From: Pocillopora damicornis
Lineage: Eukaryota
DNA length: 62,941 bases
Direction of reading: 5' to 3'
NCBI RefSeq assembly: GCF_003704095.1
Contig: NW_020845340.1
Location: forward strand, 186,001-248,941
Both the position numbers and the translations under genes were made by a program. The notes under the pieces were generated by a model. The model worked only from the letters and a program-made list of their open reading frames with translations. It did no database searches and was not told where the DNA came from. Below are positions 1-11,900 of this stretch, in pieces; positions within the stretch are counted from its first letter, which is position 1, and the number at the start of each line of letters is the position of its first letter.

Positions 1-3000
1 AGATTTTAAAATGTCCTCAGATTTGCATGTTATTCTGGATAAGTTTTCCTTCCTTACCAAGGGTATTTATCAAAATAAAGACAGCCAGCATGTTTGTATA
101 TCACACAGTATCAGACTAATCCCCATAATCTCAATAGGAAAAATAAACCCAGCCGTGTTCTATACAAAAAACTTCAGCCACGCTGCACATATTCACGAAC
201 ATGCATTTGTTGGTGGAACATATTTTTACCCTGTATAAGCTAATGAACGAAATACAAAGAGATATTCATGTATAGTTAATGTTCCTTAAATTTAGTTCAA
301 ATACTCTACATGTACCTTTGATAAATAACGCGTTCTTAATCTTGTTTTTTTTAAGACACCAAGAGACTTGATCCTATGTGAAGCCATGTACTTATTAACG
401 ACTCCTTACAAGAAATTTTCAAAACAAAAGGACAGTTGCCAGAACTTAAAAATAGAGTTTGTATGAGACTCAATATCTCAACAATAGTGGTTTCAAGGCA
501 CTGTTGTGATACTTATAAATATCACGAACAGCTATAGGGAGATGAGTTAATGCAGAAATCTGAAAAAATCTGTACTTTGACCAACCTGATTTCATAATAC
601 TATAAACAGGAAGTGAAGACATTAACATAAGGAAGTCTAAAGTAGCAGTAATCCTTTTTTATTTATTTAATATCTTCAAGACCTAAAGGAGCTTTAAATT
701 CCCCAAATTAAGCTAATATCAGACTTAAATCTGTTAACCTGATATCACTTTTTGGACAATTATTTTAAAGCAGTCAACTGAATGTTAAATGAATGGTAAA
801 GTGTAGGAATCTGGTCTGTTTAACCCCTAAATCCTACAGTATGAATTTTTATTCTCTTGTCTCACTATCTTATGTTTCCTTTCCAAAATTAATTGAATGG
901 AAGCAAAGATGTATCTATATAATTATGTAAGTGGTAATATCTCCTGCCCTCTCATCCAAAGGCCTTGAGACTTGAACCTTCAAAAAGCTCTGTTGTATTT
1001 TTTTCCCTTCTTAAGAAACTTTGGCAAATATAACAATTTACAATTTATCCTAATCTTGGATCAAACCTTTTCATTTATAACAATGGCTCATTTCCATGCT
1101 ACTCAAATAAATTTTAATTTGAATTATTTTGCAAGCCACAAGATGAGAGGGAGAGATAGAAATTTTGAATGACTAATGTTATATGAATCCATGCCAACAT
1201 AGGCCAAAACAAATTCTCAAAATTGTTTCACAAATGTCTTTCAACCTGCCCATCAAATATTGGCAAGAAAAGAAATCAACATCAAATTTCTGTCTAAAAA
1301 AACAGGCAAAGCCTATGCTCTGATTACACTCACCACACCCAGAGACAAGCAAAGAAGCAAGTTTTCTACCATTCTAATATGCAAATTTGCCAGGTGACTT
1401 GGAAATTAGTCAAAACAACATGATGATTATACAGATAATAAACACAAATGTTTCATTCATGTGCAAATCATGATTCATTTACATCTAAAACTAATGATAA
1501 AATATGTGATATGTTTATCTAAACTGATCTATTAGAATATTCCATAACTAGCTATTATCAACAAGATGGCAATCCTGGATACTAGCATTCTGTCACGAAA
1601 TGTGTAGACTTGATGTCTGCAAATACTCAAATAATGCATAATGCAGTACACCATGATTGAACATTCTTGATTACATGCTCACTAGAAAAGGTGCTAGCAG
1701 AAGCAAGTGAATTAAGTTACAAAAATTACATCTTAAAATTTATGAAAAGAAGTGAACATGACATTGCGATGTAAATGGCTTGAGGTAACAAATGTTAGTG
1801 CTGAAGCTAACGAAATCATGTGATTTAAATTGTTTTCAATCACAACATGTTGTCAAGCACACTGCTGACAATTCCTTGAGATATTACAATTCTCAGGAAA
1901 ATTGATAAATACTGTCATACACAACAAATTAAATCGTTAAATTCATAATGAGAGAAAGATTCCAAAGGTTTGTTTGAGTTTCTGCTCGCTAAGATGAATA
2001 TGTTGAGGCAAGAAAACAAGTGCAAGATAATTAAATAATGTGAACGGAAAAACTATTCTCAAGATCTTCAGGATGGTCATTCAAATCTGTACGCAATCCT
2101 TTACCCCAATTTTTGTCCGCAGATTTGGATTGATCCCTTTTCATCCAAAAATTTATACGTTGATTATTGATTGAAAGTAGGAATTTCCAAATTTTCTGCA
2201 TAAGTCAAGCGGTAAGAGGTATAAACACTCTATTGTGTGGTTAAATACGACCTGGAGTCTTGTCATTTTAGGAAACCACATGATTTCCCACTTGTGCAAA
2301 ACACTAACTGACGATATAATGAAAAAATTATCGCACGCTCGGGGTAAAATGCTCCTCAAAACTCCCTCCCTCTTTCAATCGATTTAATTTGTTCGTGAAT
2401 GTGTTTAACAAGAAATAATTAAAACAACCGCGCTAAACTTACAAGAAATCGATCAGTCGATACCGACTGATTTACATGCAAGACTTTGTAAGGATGAACT
2501 GGCTTGTTCCAGAACAACAAATCAGGCATGACAACTTAAACGAACCATGACATGAAGAAAAGGAAAGAGTCAGCAGATTACGAATTTTGCTTTTTAATCT
2601 TCAGAGGAAATGTAAGAATTAACCTACAAATGTTTGGAGTACAACAATAAGCTAAGGCTATAGGCAATCAAGACGTGATCGGATCGAAGTTTTTCCCAGA
2701 TATTTTTCATGCCAGCACATACTTCTATAGTTGCCGTAAATTCTTGTTAACAAAGAGGTGATCAAAAGCTCAAGCAAGAGATCAGATGTACTATTTGAAA
2801 CGTCCCTTGAAGGCAAAGGTATCAACTGTTTTCATCCCAAATGAATGCCAGAAATTGCAGGTGGCCCTTAAACATCGCAACTCTGCGAGCCCGGGGCGAA
2901 CAAAATTGCACAACCACTCAATTAAAACTTCACCGACAAACACGAATATGTTTTACCACTAGCAACCAATAAAGAAATTGAAACAGTTTATAAGTAAAAT

Positions 3001-3074
3001 GGTAGAAGACTAAATATCTACGATTGATCTATAAGACCATTTCGACATAATGAAGTTATGTTGTTTTGAACTCA

Positions 3075-3434
<360 letters not shown>

Positions 3435-3504
3435 TTATCCAGGGCTTCTAAGATTATATTTCCCTCTCCTACCTGCCGACGACATTTTCTCAATAACAAA
3501 ACAG

Positions 3505-3590
3505 TAACATCTGCCAAGATGGTACCCACAGTTCTCTCTGCACCGCAGCGGAAGTCAGCACGTATTTGACATATGACTTCCGGTGAAATG
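3505..3590. promoter_or_regulatory. Probable FAM102 core promoter (ETS-type and YY1-like motifs)
   Basis: CGGAAGT (~3549), ACTTCCGG (~3576) and AAGATGG (~3516) lie in a CpG-containing patch just upstream of the first exon. Motif match only. Confidence 0.4.
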
Positions 3591-5629
3591 TTTCTCCTTC
3601 CTTCGCGCTGCTACGACTTGAGCATTTAAATGAAACTTATACAATTATTCTTTTGATAAAATGAATTGGGAGAAATGAAAACAATTTTTTTCTAGAAAAA
3701 ATTTCTCGGAGGCTTGAAACTTTGGTGGGTAGTCGTGGAATTCTTAGAAATTCCCGATTGTTCGGAAGTTTGAATGTTTGACCCGAAACAAGGAAATGAT
3801 AGTAACACGTGACACACAAGGTCTCCAGGTTTGAATAATCTGGTGGTTTCAGTACGTAAGAATGTTTTTTGGGAATTCTGACACGTCTAAACTTAAAATC
3901 GATATATCGAAAGTTTTCGTTTCTTCGATATCATGAGACCATTAAACAGCATTTCACTCTCGAGATCGAAACCTAATATCGCGTTATTCTTCAACTGCCA
4001 TGTTGACCGACTAAGAATAAAGCCAGGGAACAATCGAAAGGAAAATTTTAAAAGTAATTGTAACATCGTCACATTTCCTTTAAGTGAAAAGGGTCTTGAA
4101 ACTTTATTTAAAAAGAAAAGTACGTCAGACCATGTTATATTGGTAGATAATTTGACTGTGACGGTTAGGGTAAAGTACTTCAGTGTAAGTGACTCGATGA
4201 AGTTGCAAAGATCTTTGCTACTTGCGTGTGTAATTAGGTATCGACGTAAGATAATGACACGTCATCCGACATGCATGTTGCCTTTCCGCTTAAAAATAAA
4301 GTATGATTCAAACTAGATAATCATTTCCGGATGTTGGTCTGTTTGTACAATATAGTCTTCTCAGAATTGTTACTTTGCCTTCTTGAAAGGGTTTTCAAAT
4401 TCAAAGCGCTGGTAGAGAACAAAAGGGTGATAGAGGGTACTTTTCTCCACTTAATTACTCCAAAAGAAATGACTATGTAGATACTCAGGAAAATGTAAGT
4501 TCAGAACAATTTATCATCAGTGGATACCACAAAAATGAAAAAAATGGGCGTCAGTTATTGACCTCGATATTTTATGTAAACATGGCTTAATCAGCAGGAT
4601 TCTTTGACCAGAGACCCGTTTATCCGCACCCGAGTGAAACTCACAACAACAGACAAAAAAGAGCTAAAAAAACATCACGCAAATTTTTCTCATAATTCTA
4701 AAGGTCACAGCAATTTCACGCTTGGTGTTAGCTTTATCGTGTTTTGATTGCCACAGCACTTCACAGCGATAGACCTCCGGCTGTACTTACCGCATAAAAT
4801 TGGATCACAGCTTCTGGAAAGAGCATAAAAGAGGCCCACCTTAAGACTTTGCAGGCGGTTATTTTTTTGGCGTCATAAGTGGCATAAAATTAAAGCGGGT
4901 TAAAACTGGCCAGACTGACCGAATAACGTCCCTTCAAAATCTTTGTCACAACACTGTGCGATGCAGCTCCAACATGGACAATACCAAAGGGATTACCGGG
5001 GCCCTCCTGGTATATTTTTCCCCCTATTTATATCTAGAAATAGCGACACGTTATGAAAATTTCGACCTGCCAGTGGTTTGTTTTCGTTCCCCGGTAGTTG
5101 AGGCAATTTTATCCATTGCATGCCCGATGCCCCTCTACGCGGGGTGGGGATTAAGTAGGTAATGAGTTTAACTGTCACTTGTTTGCGAACTCGTTTTGCA
5201 GACTGGACTTGAATTTTTACTTAACAGGAAATCAGAAATTTACAAACGAGAACAAGATATTATTTTAATTCATTGTATAATTTAAAAAATTTAAGGAGAA
5301 AAAAATGAAAAGAGGAACTGACTTTGTTATATTTTCCTCGGGAGTCGGGCCTTTCATTGCCTTTCACTGGCAGTAAAAGTGGATACCCTGGTAACCTCGA
5401 GAGAGAGAGAGAGGAGGGGAATTATCGATTGGTCTCAAAGGGTTAGGGAGTGTCTACAAATAATATGAAACAAATCTATTTACAAAAGTAAACTTCCTAA
5501 AGCTAGTAACTGATGCCAAACAAACAGGACAGCTTCTTGACCCCTTGTGTTCAAATTAAAGGCCTAACAACAAAGAAAAAAAAGAGCCTCGTTCAGTTCC
5601 TTTGAAACCAGGAATATCGCTGCTTCCTC

Positions 5630-6124
5630 TTAGAATACACGGAATTGGGCGGTTTCTTGACGCATGCGTCGATTACTTGATCGTCGAGACTTATTGAAAA
5701 GTGTGCAATTCCTGGCGGTTCGTTCGATGATTTTCTGCACCCTCGTAACAAAGCAAAATGTGAGGTATAAGAAGACTGCCAACACGCCTCCACTCAACAT
5801 CACAGGGGATAGAATGACGAGTAAGGAGAATGACGCTACAGTGACGGTTCCCCCGAAAACTAGAAGTGCGCAGAACGATATGGAAAGAAACGAGCCTAAT
5901 ACAAAGGCTAAGAAAACCAGAAAAGGCAAAAAACCAAGAACGACCAAGATGACCAAAAATAGGCACATAAAAGGATGGTTCTCAAGAAAATGTTGAGCTT
6001 GCCTGATCACAGGCATTGCTTGACAGTCTGCTTTCAGACTGGATGCGTATTGAATCGTTTGTCGAACATTACTCTTCAGCCTTAAGCTTGGAAACACCTG
6101 TTCCATACGCTCGATCCAAACCAT
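5630..6124 (-). CDS. LDAF1: Lipid droplet assembly factor 1 / promethin (TMEM159)-like protein, 164 aa, intronless CDS
   Basis: Strong start context gtcgccATGG. QHFLENHPF is followed by an ~75-residue uninterrupted hydrophobic stretch with an internal Pro (LGFLPFLVF) and a basic C-terminus, resembling promethin (YLDSHPFL...SAVPVGFF). Confidence 0.75.
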   Translation of the reverse strand: MVWIERMEQVFPSLRLKSNVRQTIQYASSLKADCQAMPVIRQAQHFLENHPFMCLFLVILVVLGFLPFLVFLAFVLGSFLSISFCALLVFGGTVTVASFSLLVILSPVMLSGGVLAVFLYLTFCFVTRVQKIIERTARNCTLFNKSRRSSNRRMRQETAQFRVF

Positions 6125-6209
6125 GGCGACAAAAAACTAGGGAAGAGAACACAACAACAACAAAATCATTATAAAGAAACCAATTCTCGGTAACAGGCTA
6201 GAAAAGTTC

Positions 6210-6486
6210 CTAGATAAAGGGGGTAAGTTTCCGAAGAAACTGTAGTGCTGCGTCGGTGGGAGAGTATAACAGGGTAATTTAGTATTATCAACCGAGTTGA
6301 TAACGTATATTAGCCACTTAATTCGATCTCTTTAATTTCTCTTTAATTCTATGGTTTGGATATTCGTCAGAGCGTTAGCTTTTTGTCAATCGCTCTGAAG
6401 AAGGGCTAACGCTCGAAACGTCAGCTTTTAAACTCTTTACGGTTGCCAATTTACGTTATCAACTCAGTTGATAGTACTAAATTACT
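6210..6486. mobile_element. Hammerhead-carrying repeat (Penelope-like/retrozyme-type) in inverted two-arm arrangement with a 12-bp target-site duplication
   Basis: CTAGAAAAGTTC flanks both sides (6198-6209 and 6487-6498). The left arm is the reverse complement of the same repeat family as the right arm, and both match copies at 29445-29593 and 32445-32592. Confidence 0.7.
6392..6425 (+). ncRNA. Minimal type I hammerhead ribozyme motif
   Basis: GCT-CTGAAGA-A-GGGC-TAAC-GCTC-GAAA-CGTC-AGC: CUGANGA and GAAA cores, 4-bp stem II, palindromic ACGU stem III, GUC cleavage triplet, short GCU/AGC stem I. Confidence 0.6.
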
Positions 6487-7957
6487 CTAGAAAAGTTCTC
6501 CGTTCGTCAGCAAACGGCTGATATTTTTCTTACCCAACATACGAACTTTTAAGTTACTAATGTAGGTGAAACAACTTCCTTGAATTCATAAAACAGCTCT
6601 ATATTTCCCTAAGCATTACTCTTCAAAACAGATTTCAAATAAAAAAGGATCCTATGCAGAATTGCGCTTACTTGCAATTCCAGTGGTGAGTTTCATATGT
6701 CGCTTATGTAAAGAAAGACTTTAAATATTCGTCTATGCAGGGGAAGTTGTTAAACCTACATCTTTTTCTGTAATCATACTAAAACTGCAGGTGGGTTTAA
6801 ACTGCGGGTGGGTTTAAACTGAATTTGCACCATTACGACAGAGCTAACCTGGGTAGAAGTCTTTTTGCGTTTCCCCGTAGCCAAGTGAAGTGCGGGCTCA
6901 GAAGTAGGTTCCGTGAAAATATAGGGCGAAAGGGAGCAAAGAAATTGTCTTTGCACCACTAGCGCTCTTCTCTCTTTAGCTCCTTCTTCTCCCTTATGCC
7001 TCCACGCTTCTACTGCTTGGCCTGAGGGGAACGAAAAGGACATCTATGCAAGCCAAGGAAGATATTTTGATGAGCAAAGTCGCACGAGTCAACCTTACTT
7101 TTACCCTTAGCCATGTGCGCTTATACTACGAAAAATTCTCTTTCCAGAAGGTCTGCATTTTCAGGACCATTCCATTTCCATATCAGAATCTATCTTTCCT
7201 GTCAAATTTTAGAAGGTCTATTGAGTAAGCCCCTTTTTTTCTTCTTAAACAAGTTAAAATTCACCAAGAGTCTTCTAGCTTACCTCACAAAGTTGAACTC
7301 GTAAATCCACTTGTTTCAATTACGTAACAGTCACTTAATAGGCACACTGACAGCGCCTGACGTCCCCGCGCGAGCGCGCTAAATTCAACAGTTAACTCGT
7401 TTCTACTCCAAAGTGGAGAAAGGTTTTTAAAGAGCATATGGGAAATTCTTTTGAGCAAGAGTGTACCGGCTGGAGCTTACGCCAAAAATTTAGTTGAAGC
7501 AGCACCATAGTAACCGTTTGGTTATCTTAAGGTACAAATGTAGCACACTGTACTTTGCTTTATTTAATTACATCTGCCTTCCTCTTCAAGCTGATTACGT
7601 TGTTACATAAAATCAGTTTTACAAGCCTTCCAAAAGATGAATTATAAATTTTATTCATCGATTGCATTAACTCCAAGCTACCTGGCTGTTAAATTGTCAA
7701 ACAGGTTAGGATTAGGGTTCTTTTTAACTTCTATTTTACTAGGTTACGACAACATGTAGTATTTCTAGTGTTTTCATATATTCAATCATTAAAAAAAAAG
7801 GGAAACCAAATCATGTAATCAAATCAATAAACATTGACTGTGCATAATACATAATCTGAAAAACCTTCAATCTACGTGACAAATATTTATATGACTCAAC
7901 CGGCGTCAGCTGCGTCGCTCTACCACCACAACCTAACGTTTAATTGCATTAAAACTG

Positions 7958-8081
7958 CACAGCACCGGTATTGCAGAGGTCATGGGTTGAAATCCCGTAC
8001 AGGCCTGAATTTTTTTTAGGCCCTATTTTCACTACTCCTCAAGTGGTGTTCATTACTGCGAAGATCGCTTTCATATTCACG
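7958..8081 (+). mobile_element. 5'-truncated tRNA-derived SINE-like insertion
   Basis: B-box-like GGTTGAAATCCC inside; flanked by the 12-bp direct repeat GCATTAAAACTG (7946-7957 and 8082-8093). Confidence 0.65.
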
Positions 8082-8951
8082 GCATTAAAACTGTTCAAAT
8101 GAAATGAAATTACAAAGTTTCCTCTCCTCCATGGTAATTCTTAGAGAAGACTCCAAGTGATAAAGTGTCCGATGGCGACTGTTTTTTAATAAAAGATCAG
8201 TATACCACGATTTGTTCTTTAACGGATAAACCTAAAGTTGATACGGAGTTTTCTCCATATTATTCTCCCAGCTGATTCAAGCATCTTACAACGACCACTA
8301 AGAGCATGATATCTGAACTGGTGGAGTGAGTTTCTTTGCTTAACACCACATTTTGTAACCATTTAATCTATTGCCAGCTAACGACAGCAACATCTGCATT
8401 TCTTAGGAATTAATTTTTTCTACTTCTTTTAATCGAATTAAAGTTATTTTACTCAGTTTTGTTACAAGAAAATTTGTCCACTCTAAAACTGTTCAAACAC
8501 ACAAAAAAAATGTCACTAAACTTCTTGAAAGTCTTCGACGCAATGCTAAAGATTATAATATCCTTCCGATGTTACTTTAGAAAGTAACTTCATGACTTCA
8601 AACCGCGACCGAAGTTATACTTTGTTTAAAACCAGGCAAATTAAATTTTACCAAAAAAAAAAAAAAAGAGAAAAAAAGCAACCTTAGGCAAAGGCGTTTT
8701 TGAGCCTTACATAGCGATCATACGTCTTCCCCAGCTATCTATCGAACACTTTGACTCCTCTGTTTAAACGTAATGCTAAAAAAAGCACAATAGGAAGAAG
8801 GGAACGAAACATTTAACTTCCAGGTGTCAGTGAGACGTCCACAATTAGGGAAAGTCATAGGTATATACTTATAAGTTGTTATGATTTACACTTTATCGAA
8901 AAACGCATTATTTCCGTTACTAAAAAACAGTTCCCTAGAAACAGTTGCTCT

Positions 8952-11900
8952 TTACAAATAATCAGCTATGATTGGGTAATCTAGTTCAACAAGAATATCA
9001 TACAGTTTTCCTACTGTGCTATGAGCCTTGACCTCCCAATTTCTTAAGACTTCATCAGCTGGATTTTCTATTCTTCTGTTGTCAAGGTATTGGATGGTGG
9101 TGTTGTCCAAACCAAGTTTCTCTGCTAAAGCTTTCCAATTGTCGTTCGCTGAAAATCCCAATGAAAAATGAACAAGGTTGGATTTTCGCCAATCTAAACA
9201 TTAAACTATCTCTAACGCAACCATCCTTGGAACAGTCAATCATCAAGAACGAGAACGACAACAATTCAAAACAAACAAACAGACAAACAAATCAGGCAAA
9301 TTGGCTCGTGGATAAATGATTCTTCATAGATCAGACAGCTTGCACACAGTAAGAAAGGGTGGCTCCACACAGACATAGATCTGGGAATTAAACTCATCAT
9401 GACATTTGAACGTCTGACATCTTTTTGGTCAATATTGAATGAGAAGTATGCATCGGAAACAATACACAATATAATTATTGTCTTAGCCACTGCCTGAGTT
9501 TTAAGATTGCACTGTAGCTGACCGTAAGTTATCCTCCTTTAACGAAAATTGTGAAAAGGGATGCCACAATTTTGAATCTCTTTTTAGCATCCTGGAAGTT
9601 TTTACATTGACGTAACAAAAGTCTTATTCTTCTTTTCCCATCTCTTGGCGATCTGTTCTACTCAATTAATCATAATCATTACAGTTTCCTCAAATGTGAT
9701 TGGTGCAGTAGCTGCTATATTTTTTTCACTAATCATTCGTTCATGAAGAAGACGTGACAAGACGAAAAAAACATCTTTCTCTAAAACATTTAATGTTACT
9801 CAAGCTTATTCTTAGTCTTTTCACGAAAGCGCCTGCTATTTGGGAATAAGCCGCACTGTTGGCGTTTCATACAGTTAAAAGTAATTCTAGCTGTTCTGAA
9901 TTTTAATTGATAGGCAGATTGAGATGGAACATACCACACAAGTTTCTGGTCAGGTCTCTTCGATGGGAGTAGCGTATCTCTCTTACAAACGTATGGGGTG
10001 ACAGCAGTGGACCTATCAAAGTAACAACAACACATTGTTTATTGTTATGAAAGGAACTGCAAAGCTTTTCCTAAGAGCAGAGATAAAATACTTGTTAGCT
10101 ATCCACTGCCAAGCACGCTGTACGCACGTTTTACTACCCTACGCCTTACTTCGCACCACTGTACACATGCATATGTACAACACCCAACCTGCGCCTTAGT
10201 GTATAACAAGCCGACTGGTCTATCAGAACTCGAGCTAATCCTAACTCCTGTAGCATACAACGAATAGTACAACTTTATTACTCCGACTGGACAGGTTGAT
10301 TATACTTTACAAGTGAGCCCCCTCACCTACCCTCCCCCAAAGTAAAGTATGTCAAGCACAGCATAATGACCAGCTCAGGAAATAAAATATGACCTCCCCC
10401 CCATGTTTTATGATAGACCAAAACCTATAGCTTTATACTCATGCAGGGCTAAATCAACATCATTACTGCAAAACTCACCAATGACTCCCTTATGAGCAGG
10501 CAAGGCCTGCCTAAATGTCTTTATCACACTTGGTCTTTCACCATCTGTAATCAGGTTTGTGTATCTACGAATGGAGTAATTTTTGCTTTCTAGCATCATT
10601 TCTGGTAGGGACGTTTTGTTTTGCCCAGGCACTTTTTCAAGTTCACTCCTCAACCGGTTTATTGCAAGCTGTCCCAGCTTATTTGTGATACGAGTTGCTT
10701 CATCGAGGGTTAGGTCTCCAAAACATTTAACTTCTCTCGGACCTGAAAACAATATTAAATGCAGTTAAATGCAATTTCACAGAGTTAACAACAAAGAGCC
10801 TCAGCATTCTCTAGTAGTCAGCGGTTTAGTATATGCACGTGTCGGAATTCCATGTGCTTTTCATTCGAGGCATTCTTGCGTGTGCTTTGGGCGTGAACTT
10901 TCAGTGCTGTTCGGAGTGGCAGCTCATCGTCCACGCAGTTTTCCCCACCCCTTCCCTCCCTCTTTCCTCTGTTTATTCAGTGTGATGGGTGCCTGTTTCC
11001 CTTTCCTGCGTGGGGGCCCATGGCTGGGTTATCAGGATTTTCCAACCATGGGAGCACACTCCATCTAGGAGCTGGCTGCCAATAGTCAAGCTCCTCACAT
11101 TTTTTCCACATTTGATCTTGTTATGTATTTTTAGTTTGTCGAGCGTTTTTTTTAACATGAGCCTCTGGCAAACACTTCCCACATCTTCAACATTAAATAT
11201 TAAACTATTCTATTCTATTCCCAGATGTCTTGGGCACCCAACCTCCACTTGGTGATTCAGTTGTTAAATTGATATTGGTATGTACATGAGCCAAAAATCA
11301 TAACCTACATGTACAATGCAGGTGTACTTTTTGGTTAGCAATGGCAAAGTATAAGTATTCTCTTATTACATATACAGTAGCCATCTTTAATACAAAAAGC
11401 AAACACAAGTTGGGGTGTGAAATAAATTCAGACCAAACTGATGGCTGACAGGCAGAATGAAAGAAGGAGGATGGGTAAAGTGAGCATGTGCTCAACTTTT
11501 TGTGCTTATCTCCTTAACCCTTTAACTCCCAGATCGAATTTGTCATTCTCCTCACTGTCAACCACATTATTCTTACGATGTTAGTTCAGAGAATTTAGTA
11601 TTGGATCCGCTAATTATCCCCGAATTGATATTTTTCTTTATTCTCATTACTTATCTGGTTGATATAGTATTGATATTGTAAGGAGAAATTCTGTGTTGGT
11701 CACTCATGGGAGTGAAAGGGTTAATTAGTGTCTTCTTCTACCTTAATCTAATATGGTATCTGAGCAAACTATTCCTAATAGCACCCCTAATTTGATTCAA
11801 TGTGAGCTATGCAAATCCTTGTCCAAAACTATTATAACACTTTACCCTCAAGGTGATAATGGGTGACAATCAAGTAACCAGCCCCTTTTCTGGATAAGCA

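Noticed and set aside
3933-4316. 127-aa plus-strand ORF divergent from FAM102
   Set aside because: No recognisable motif or splice structure; composition looks like random AT-rich sequence.
5664-5996. 110-aa Lys/Thr-rich plus-strand ORF
   Set aside because: It is the antisense shadow of the hydrophobic LDAF1-like CDS.
7958-8010. tRNA gene
   Set aside because: Only a B-box-like segment with no full cloverleaf; flanking direct repeats indicate a SINE-like insertion.
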